This document shows, piece by piece, positions 9,199 through 15,409 of a stretch of DNA of 54,611 nt (position 1 is the stretch's first letter; each line of letters opens with the position of its first letter). The notes below the pieces were generated by a model that made no database searches, was not told where the DNA came from, and saw nothing but the letters and a program-made list of their open reading frames with translations. The stretch is taken from positions 1 to 54,611 of the forward strand of contig CAYWTC010000001.1 in assembly GCA_964461165.1 (NCBI GenBank). The letters run 5' to 3'. Origin of the DNA: an uncultured Candidatus Saccharibacteria bacterium. GTDB lineage: Bacteria; Patescibacteriota; Minisyncoccia; Phycocordibacterales; UBA5272. The translations under genes were made by a program, and so were the position numbers.

Positions 9199-9228
9199 AT
9201 CGGCCGCGCTTGCGCGGCCGATTTTATA
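9199..9228 (+). terminator. intrinsic terminator after PurM-like gene
   Basis: Stem cggccgcg/cgcggccg (9201-9208/9213-9220) with loop cttg, followed by attttatatt. Confidence 0.7.
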
Positions 9229-9282
9229 TTACTTGCAAGAATAAATTATTGAGTAGTATACTCATATCTACAACATCATAGT

Positions 9283-9417
9283 TGTTATCAAGAGTGTGGA
9301 GAGAGATTTGGCTCTATGACCCACCAGCAACCCTCAGTAATGAGTAGGTGCTTCCAACCCCGAGACGGGGAAAGATAATTTTGTCTTTCTCTCCACGGGC
9401 TTGTGAGAGTTTTTTTA
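9283..9417 (+). promoter_or_regulatory. SAM-I (S-box) riboswitch with terminator expression platform
   Basis: Matches the SAM-I core: UUAUCAAGAG, GGAGAGA, GGCUC, UGA, GCAACC, GGUGC and AGAUAA closing P1. GUGGAGAG (aptamer) can pair with CUCUCCAC (9389-9396), which otherwise forms a terminator stem with gtgagag, followed by a T-run at 9410-9417. Sits directly upstream of metK. Confidence 0.85.
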
Positions 9418-9441
9418 TTTGTACTTAACACTTACCTCATC

Positions 9442-10380
9442 ATGAGAAAAACAGCAGAATGTGTGAGCCCTGGACACCCAGACAAGCGATGTGACTTTAT
9501 AGCAGACAGTATTTTAGATGCGTACACCGCAATTGATAAAGATAGTCGTGTAGCGATGGAAGTGATGGGAGGACATAACCTTGTTACCATCAACGGCGAA
9601 GTAACGTCTCGTGCGACACCGGACATTGAAGCCGTAGTAAAAGCTATTGTAGGTGACGACTACCGCGTAATCGTCAACATTGTTGCTCAGAGCCCAGAAA
9701 TTGCCCGTGGCGTGGACACAGGTGGTGCAGGTGATCAAGGTATCATGAAAGGTTACGCAACGAGTGAATCAAGTACGCTCATGCCTTTGGAATATGACCT
9801 CGCACGAAATCTATGCCAGAAAATTTATGCAGTATACCCCTATGACGGAAAGACACAGGTGACGATTGAAGGGGACAAAGTTACTACGGTGGTGGCAAGC
9901 TTTCAGAATACAAAAAACGATGAGCTACTTGCACTCGTGAAATCTGTGATCACTGCGGATGAATATCTCATCAACCCGGCAGGCGAATGGACACAAGGTG
10001 GCTTTGATGCAGACACAGGACTATCTGGCCGCAAACTCATCGTAGATAACTACGGTCCAGAAATCACCATCGGTGGTGGGTCATTCTCTGGGAAAGATTA
10101 TACAAAGGTAGATCGTTCTGCTGCATATATGGCACGACGTGTCGCAGTAGACCTCCTTCGTTCACGAGGGGCCACAGAAGTGTTTACCAAGCTCGCGTAT
10201 GCAATCGGTAAAGCAGAACCAGTCATGGCAGTCGCAGTAATAGACGGAGTAGAAGAAACAATCACGGGGTACGACCTCACGCCACGAGGCATTCGTACTG
10301 CGCTTGATCTTGATAACGTCAAATATATCGAGACGTGTACCTGGGGACACTTTGGAAGAAACTTTCCATGGGACAAGTAA
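9442..10380 (+). CDS. metK: S-adenosylmethionine synthetase (compact form, about 312 aa)
   Basis: SPGHPDKRCD, GAGDQGIM and GGGSFSGKDYTKVDRSAAY motifs. The ORF-track GTG start at 9403 lies inside the riboswitch terminator, so ATG 9442 is preferred. Confidence 0.85.
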   Translation: MRKTAECVSPGHPDKRCDFIADSILDAYTAIDKDSRVAMEVMGGHNLVTINGEVTSRATPDIEAVVKAIVGDDYRVIVNIVAQSPEIARGVDTGGAGDQGIMKGYATSESSTLMPLEYDLARNLCQKIYAVYPYDGKTQVTIEGDKVTTVVASFQNTKNDELLALVKSVITADEYLINPAGEWTQGGFDADTGLSGRKLIVDNYGPEITIGGGSFSGKDYTKVDRSAAYMARRVAVDLLRSRGATEVFTKLAYAIGKAEPVMAVAVIDGVEETITGYDLTPRGIRTALDLDNVKYIETCTWGHFGRNFPWDK

Positions 10381-10403
10381 GGGTTTAAAACATCTAGTTA
10401 AAA

Positions 10404-10444
10404 AATAATGCGCGGCACCCAGAGGGTGCCGCGCATTATTTTAT
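10404..10444 (+). terminator. intrinsic terminator after metK
   Basis: 17-bp stem aataatgcgcggcaccc/gggtgccgcgcattatt with loop aga, then a T-rich tail. Confidence 0.75.
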
Positions 10445-10472
10445 ATACTTATCCACAACATTTTTCTTGCAT

Positions 10473-10488
10473 TAGAACAAATGTTCTA
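10473..10488. promoter_or_regulatory. LexA operator (Cheo/SOS box, GAAC-N4-GTTC type)
   Basis: Perfect palindrome TAGAACAAATGTTCTA, ending 2 nt before a TACACT -10 and 14 nt before the lexA ATG. Confidence 0.7.
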
Positions 10489-10489
10489 C

Positions 10490-10495
10490 TACACT
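10490..10495 (+). promoter_or_regulatory. -10 hexamer (TACACT) of lexA
   Basis: Lies 6 nt upstream of ATG 10502 and abuts the SOS box. No SD. Confidence 0.4.
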
Positions 10496-10501
10496 GCATG
10501 C

Positions 10502-11062
10502 ATGGAAGATAGCCTTGCAATCACAACATTTTTTAATGAACATAACCGTATGCCCACCTATGAGGAGATGAAAGACCTCTTTGGTGTCGCCTCAAAAAAT
10601 ACTGTCTCATACCGAGTGGATAAACTAATCGAGCAAGGGATACTCGAAAAGTACGCTGGCAAACTATCCCTCGTGCAAACAGGGTCCGTCATGCGCCTCG
10701 GTACAGTACAAGCAGGGTTCCCCACTCAGGCAGAAGAGTACACCGCAGAGCTCGTATCACTTGATGACTTCCTCATCGAACGAAAAGAATCTACCTACAT
10801 GCTCGAGGTGCAAGGTGAGTCGATGATAGATGCCGGCATTATGGAAGGAGATCTCGTCCTCGTCGAACGTGGACGTACACCACGAAAAGGAGATATCGTA
10901 CTAGCCCTTGTCGACAATGAGTACACACTCAAATACTTAGAAACAGAAAAAGGTCGCCCCGTGCTAGTACCAGCAAACAAAGCATTCAAAAAAATCTACC
11001 CCAACCCAAACACACTCCGCATCGAAGCAATATTAAAAGCAGTTATTAGAAAATATCGATAA
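10502..11062 (+). CDS. lexA: LexA repressor (S24 peptidase)
   Basis: N-terminal winged HTH. Cleavage and catalytic region motifs are VQAGFP, GESMIDAGI, GDLVLVE and EYTLKYL. The ORF-track ATG at 10481 lies inside the operator, so ATG 10502 is preferred. Confidence 0.85.
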   Translation: MEDSLAITTFFNEHNRMPTYEEMKDLFGVASKNTVSYRVDKLIEQGILEKYAGKLSLVQTGSVMRLGTVQAGFPTQAEEYTAELVSLDDFLIERKESTYMLEVQGESMIDAGIMEGDLVLVERGRTPRKGDIVLALVDNEYTLKYLETEKGRPVLVPANKAFKKIYPNPNTLRIEAILKAVIRKYR

Positions 11063-11066
11063 TCAT

Positions 11067-11498
11067 ATGTCACCACGATCAACACACCGAGCAATCATAC
11101 GAGTCACCACCACAGGCAAACGAGACTCTCGCGTTAACTACAGTCGTCGTATGTATGCAATCATTCGCAAGTACACACCGGACGTAGCAGAGGGGAATAC
11201 CAATGAATGCTTTGCAGATCTCACAGGACTACGCACATTTTTCAAAATGACATATGCAGAAATAGCAGAAAAGATACGCGAAGATGTAACTCAGGAACTG
11301 GGTATTACCTGCACACTTCGCATAGCAACTACAGATGCATATGAACAAGCACGTCACACGTCCAAAAAGGAGCGAAGTGTATCAACATACAAAGAGATTA
11401 ATTCACTTTTCTCAGGACGCACATCCGCTCGACGAGCAGTACACACTCGCACAAATTTTAAGAAGCTTTCAGTGCCATTTATAGGAAAAGTCTCATAA
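11067..11498 (+). pseudogene. remnant of Y-family (UmuC/DinB-like) DNA polymerase
   Basis: The 143-aa ORF retains NECFADLTG (compare SIDEAFLDLTG) and a GITCTLRIATTDAYEQARHTSKK segment (compare LTVGVGIAQTKTLAKLA). It lacks the N-terminal catalytic Asp motif. It also stops about 250 aa short, about 75 nt before GC-rich cassette C begins. Confidence 0.55.
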
Positions 11499-11702
11499 TA
11501 TGAGCTTTACGGTGGTCTTTTTATAGATATCACCAGGAACTATTTACATTATTTATAATGTGTGTTAGGATTGCTCGCAGGTTTGTACATTGAATCACTC
11601 CCGTCCGCAAGGATTGGAACTTGATGTGCTTGCCGACCTTTGCCCCTTAAACCGTCATATCGACGGAGAGGGGTTGTGATTCTACAAGGAAAAAGGAAAC
11701 AC

Positions 11703-12428
11703 ATGAACCCGAACCTGAAGACCTCCGCCGCCTTTCGCCAGAGCCTGATTTCTGGGGCAATTTTCGCGGCAGTTGCTGCGATCGTGACTGCTTCCGGCCA
11801 GGTGATGGCGGCGGCGGCCAACCCGGACACCACCGACAAAACCATGTCGCTGGCGGTTGGTCAGGCACGTACCGCACTGTCGGCGTTTGCTGACACCATT
11901 GCGCACTGCAAAACCGAGGAAATCGCCAAGGGCGATGCCTACGCCCCGATTGATCACACCCTGCTGACGCAGGACGTGATCGACAGCCTCGGCGAGGGCG
12001 GCTTTGCCAAGCGTGGCACGATGCGGTTGGTGATTACCTTCCTCCACAAGGAAGGTGAGCCCACTTTCCAGCGCGTCGAGGAAATCGCCAATGTGGCCCT
12101 CGGCAAGCTGACCCTTGCGCTGGACGAGATCGAAGTCGTTGGCAATGGCGACCAAGCAGGCATGCTTGGTGCCAGCCTGAAGTTCAGCCACGCAGTGGCT
12201 GGCATGATGGCAGACCTGACGGCAACGGCAACGCTCATTGCGCAGGCTGATCTGATTGCCAACGACTGGTCCTTTGTGCCTCTGGCGTCGGCACACGGTG
12301 TCATGACCACCAACCTGGTCGGTGGCATGCCGAAAACCGATGCAGGCATCGACGACATCCGTAGCAAGACGACGGATCCGGGTAACGTTGGCACTGCGCA
12401 GGCCGATCAGCTGGCCACGGCCACGTAA
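11703..12428 (+). CDS. hypothetical secreted protein, 241 aa (GC-rich cassette C)
   Basis: AAGGA lies 5 nt upstream of ATG 11703. Signal-peptide-like N-terminus (KTSAAFRQSLISGAIFAAVAAIVTASGQVMAAAA). Very GC-rich (40/60 at 11761-11820). Own terminator. No family recognised. Confidence 0.65.
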   Translation: MNPNLKTSAAFRQSLISGAIFAAVAAIVTASGQVMAAAANPDTTDKTMSLAVGQARTALSAFADTIAHCKTEEIAKGDAYAPIDHTLLTQDVIDSLGEGGFAKRGTMRLVITFLHKEGEPTFQRVEEIANVALGKLTLALDEIEVVGNGDQAGMLGASLKFSHAVAGMMADLTATATLIAQADLIANDWSFVPLASAHGVMTTNLVGGMPKTDAGIDDIRSKTTDPGNVGTAQADQLATAT

Positions 12429-12457
12429 TGCGGCCCCGGGGTTTCGATCTCCGGACT

Positions 12458-12484
12458 AGGCACCTCACTTGGGTGCCTTTTTTA
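12458..12484 (+). terminator. intrinsic terminator of cassette C
   Basis: Stem aggcacc/ggtgcct with loop tcacttg, followed by TTTTT. Confidence 0.75.
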
Positions 12485-12506
12485 ATACTCAACAATGTAG
12501 TTCAAG

Positions 12507-12515
12507 TGATACACT
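12507..12515 (+). promoter_or_regulatory. extended -10 element (TGATACACT) of MliC-like gene
   Basis: Lies 7 nt upstream of ATG 12523. No SD. Confidence 0.5.
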
Positions 12516-12522
12516 GATATTC

Positions 12523-12876
12523 ATGTACACGAAATATATATTTCTTCCTCTTGGCGTCGGGGTTCTTGTCATCCTCTCTGGGTACTGGTATACGACACGC
12601 ATACCATCACAGTCACAAACATACACATTTGCTTGTGCATCAGACAAAACTATTCGTGCCACATTTCACACCGATAAAGATCCTCGTGTCGACTTGGTTT
12701 TAAACAATGGTGACACTGATGTTAATTGGTCATTTTCACTACCTCAGGTTATCTCTGCATCTGGTGCAAAGTATGCAAATAGTGATGACTCTATGATCTT
12801 TTGGACACGAGGAGATACCGCATTCATACAAGACCGAGGGAATGTGACATACACTGACTGTATAACGACACAGTAG
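12523..12876 (+). CDS. MliC-like (membrane-bound lysozyme inhibitor of C-type lysozyme) domain protein
   Basis: N-terminal TM anchor, then a Y.F.C...I.A.F ... SASGAKYAN ... FWTRGD ... C pattern as in the MliC family. Confidence 0.6.
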   Translation: MYTKYIFLPLGVGVLVILSGYWYTTRIPSQSQTYTFACASDKTIRATFHTDKDPRVDLVLNNGDTDVNWSFSLPQVISASGAKYANSDDSMIFWTRGDTAFIQDRGNVTYTDCITTQ

Positions 12877-12893
12877 CGAAATTGACAAAAATC

Positions 12894-12902
12894 TGTTAGT
12901 AT
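12894..12902 (+). promoter_or_regulatory. extended -10 element (TGTTAGTAT) of SpoU methyltransferase gene
   Basis: Lies 6 nt upstream of ATG 12909. Confidence 0.45.
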
Positions 12903-12908
12903 AGCGTT

Positions 12909-13652
12909 ATGACATCATCGCTCTACCTCTTTGGTAAAAACCCTCTCACAGAAGCCCTCCTTGCTGTTAAGCGCGGAAAAACCGACCTCATAGGGGCGGT
13001 GTACCTCACACCCCAAGGAGAATCAGATACAAAGCTCACCGGCATGCTTCAAAGCATGAAAATACCTTTTGAGCGTGTCACACCTCAAGAAATAGAAAGC
13101 AAGGTTGGTAAAGATGCTATTCACCAAGGTGTATGTGCAGAGATTAACCAGACATCTCTTTATATGTCACTTGATACCGCACTAGCTCTTCCGGGGGAGC
13201 GTCCGGTATTTGTCCTTCTTGATGAATTACAGGATCCCCATAACGTAGGTGCAATCATTCGTTCGGCGGCGGCGTTTGGTGCTACGGCAATACTCATACC
13301 AGAATTTGACCAAGTACAAATAAACGGGACGATTATCAAAACGTCATCCGGTATGGTATTTGCTATGCCAATTGTTCGTATTGGAAATATTAATACCACA
13401 CTTCGTGAGCTTAAAGATAAAGGATTCTGGACCTACGGCCTCACAGGGGACGGCGACACCAACCTTCATCAAGCATCATTCGACACTCCGTCTGTTATTG
13501 TCATCGGTAGTGAAGGTACCGGCATACGAGAAAAGACACTTGCATCATGTGATTTTAAATTATCTATCAGTATCGACAAGCGATGTGAGTCACTGAATGC
13601 ATCAAACGCAGTCGCGGTAACACTCTACGAGTGGAACAAGCAGCAACGCTAA
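12909..13652 (+). CDS. TrmH/SpoU-family RNA 2'-O-methyltransferase (RlmB-like)
   Basis: 247 aa. Motifs LDELQDPHNVGAIIRSAAAFG, IGSEGTGI and LNASNAVAV. Confidence 0.8.
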   Translation: MTSSLYLFGKNPLTEALLAVKRGKTDLIGAVYLTPQGESDTKLTGMLQSMKIPFERVTPQEIESKVGKDAIHQGVCAEINQTSLYMSLDTALALPGERPVFVLLDELQDPHNVGAIIRSAAAFGATAILIPEFDQVQINGTIIKTSSGMVFAMPIVRIGNINTTLRELKDKGFWTYGLTGDGDTNLHQASFDTPSVIVIGSEGTGIREKTLASCDFKLSISIDKRCESLNASNAVAVTLYEWNKQQR

Positions 13653-13682
13653 TTTAAGGGGGTATATAAACAACTACATATT

Positions 13683-14948
13683 ATGCCACATACTACAAAT
13701 TCACTCGGGGAAACCATGTGGGACGTGGTTGTTATTGGAGGTGGACCATCTGGCATGATGGCCGCAGGCACTGCCGCTGCACGAGGAAAGCGTGTTCTTC
13801 TTTTAGAAAAAAATACAGCGCTTGGTAAAAAACTTCTCATCACTGGCGGAGGCAGATGTAATGTCACAAATAACAAACCTGACAACAGGATGTTGCTCGC
13901 AAAATATAAAGGAAACGACCAGTTTCTTTTTTCTGCATTTTCTCAACACAATGTTAGTGACACGCTATCATTTTTCCACGACCGAGGTATGCCAACTCAT
14001 GAAGAAAACGAAGGGCGTATGTTTCCCGTATCAAACTCCTCACAATCTGTATATGACGTACTCTATGCATACATGAGCAAGCACGGTGTAACTATAAGAA
14101 AAAGTAGTGTCGTGAGTGGCATTACCAAAAACAAAACGAGCGACACTTTTATCATTCACACAAAGAGTGGTAACAGCATTGAGGCACGAGCGTGTGTCGT
14201 CGCTACTGGTGGCACGTCTCGACCAGAGACCGGCTCAACAGGCGAAGGTTTTATGTGGCTAAAAAAACTTGGTCATACCATCCTAGAAAACAATGCTGCG
14301 CTGGTACCGATTGCACTTACCGACACATGGGTGCCTATTATTAGTGGTCTATCACTTCCAGATATCAAGCTCACGACATTTCAACATAATGTAAAACAAG
14401 AAAGCTACAAAGGTAAGCTTCTCTTTACTCATGTAGGCATCAGCGGACCCATGGTACTTAATATGAGTAAAGACGTCGGTGAACTTTTAAAATATGGCGA
14501 CGTTACCTTAGCGCTTGACCTCTTCCCGATGATTGATGTAAGTGCCCTCAAAGGGCGACTACAGAATCTTCTTGTCGAAGAGAGTAACAAGAAAATAAAA
14601 AATGTACTACCACAATTTGTACCAAGCTCACTTGTCACTCAGATTCTCATGCTTGCTGGTGTAGACGGTCAAACATTTTGTCATAGTGTTCGTACAGAAG
14701 AACGTGTCAAACTTATTGCTACCATGAAAGCACTACCACTTCATGTGAAGGGTCTTCTTGGCAAAGAAAAAGCTATAGTCACCTCAGGTGGTGTAGCACT
14801 CACTGAGGTAGACTTCAAAACAATGGAGTCACGATTAGTGCCTGGGCTCTATATTATCGGAGATGTACTTAATATTGACCGCCCGTCTGGCGGGTACAGC
14901 TTGCAGCTTTGTTGGACAACAGGGTTCGTAGCAGGGACACACTGTTAG
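13683..14948 (+). CDS. HI0933/BaiN-family NAD(P)/FAD-dependent oxidoreductase
   Basis: VVVIGGGPSGMMAAG dinucleotide fold, GGGRCNVTN, and C-terminal GGYSLQLCWTTG. An alternative ATG at 13716 is possible. Confidence 0.8.
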   Translation: MPHTTNSLGETMWDVVVIGGGPSGMMAAGTAAARGKRVLLLEKNTALGKKLLITGGGRCNVTNNKPDNRMLLAKYKGNDQFLFSAFSQHNVSDTLSFFHDRGMPTHEENEGRMFPVSNSSQSVYDVLYAYMSKHGVTIRKSSVVSGITKNKTSDTFIIHTKSGNSIEARACVVATGGTSRPETGSTGEGFMWLKKLGHTILENNAALVPIALTDTWVPIISGLSLPDIKLTTFQHNVKQESYKGKLLFTHVGISGPMVLNMSKDVGELLKYGDVTLALDLFPMIDVSALKGRLQNLLVEESNKKIKNVLPQFVPSSLVTQILMLAGVDGQTFCHSVRTEERVKLIATMKALPLHVKGLLGKEKAIVTSGGVALTEVDFKTMESRLVPGLYIIGDVLNIDRPSGGYSLQLCWTTGFVAGTHC

Positions 14949-15020
14949 CTTGATCTTGATCACACACTCATGTAGTGTAGAGGGTATCTGTTGCTTTACC
15001 GTTACAAGAAAGGAGTGAGT

Positions 15021-15383
15021 ATGGACCGACACGACATATATAGAGCCGCACTTCTTTCTTACACGCACAGTGTTGGCAAAAAGGAGTACGAACAAACTAT
15101 GAACGTTTTGTACCACGCAGTGTTCCTGTCACGATGTGGCCACGGACCAGGCGACACGACCGCGCTATGCCTAGCATTACCAATCATTCAAATCGTAGTG
15201 TTTGGTATCGCAGATCATGAAGTGCGGACAAATGGACAAAAGCTGGAAACATTTCTAGATCGACTACCAATGAAAGCAGTCGAATACATCTTTGGTGGAG
15301 ACGATATGTTTCGCATCGTACGTCGCTTCGAAGTCCAGTACAAATTCATCACTGCTGTCATCCCGCCATATCTAATGTACTAG
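15021..15383 (+). CDS. hypothetical protein, 120 aa (GC-rich cassette D)
   Basis: AGGAG (15011-15015) lies 5 nt upstream of the ATG. GC-rich (36/60 at 15121-15180). No family recognised. Confidence 0.55.
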   Translation: MDRHDIYRAALLSYTHSVGKKEYEQTMNVLYHAVFLSRCGHGPGDTTALCLALPIIQIVVFGIADHEVRTNGQKLETFLDRLPMKAVEYIFGGDDMFRIVRRFEVQYKFITAVIPPYLMY

Positions 15384-15409
15384 CGTCCTTTACGGGGCGC
15401 TCTTTTTAT
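15382..15409. terminator. hairpin terminator between convergent cassette D and RND genes
   Basis: Stem agcgtcc/gggcgct (one wobble pair) with loop tttac, followed by ctttttatt. Overlaps the RND gene stop codon. Confidence 0.55.

Noticed and set aside
10449-10457. Perfect DnaA box TTATCCACA. A second copy lies at 22378-22386.
   Set aside because: The two copies are isolated and 12 kb apart. There is no box cluster, no adjacent AT-rich unwinding element and no dnaA or dnaN. About 0.4 such 9-mers are expected by chance in a window this size on two strands. This is not an origin.
11549-12495. Four long ORFs in cassette C on the minus strand (11549-11845, 11647-11877, 11682-12296, 11954-12394), plus 12301-12495.
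   Set aside because: Long open frames on all strands are expected in high-GC DNA of roughly 60-67% G+C (hand-sampled). Only the plus-strand frame has an SD, a signal peptide and a downstream terminator.
12882-12887. Perfect TTGACA upstream of the SpoU methyltransferase gene, considered as a -35 box.
   Set aside because: It lies only 9 nt from the TAGTAT -10 hexamer, far from the 16-18 nt spacing a -35 element needs.
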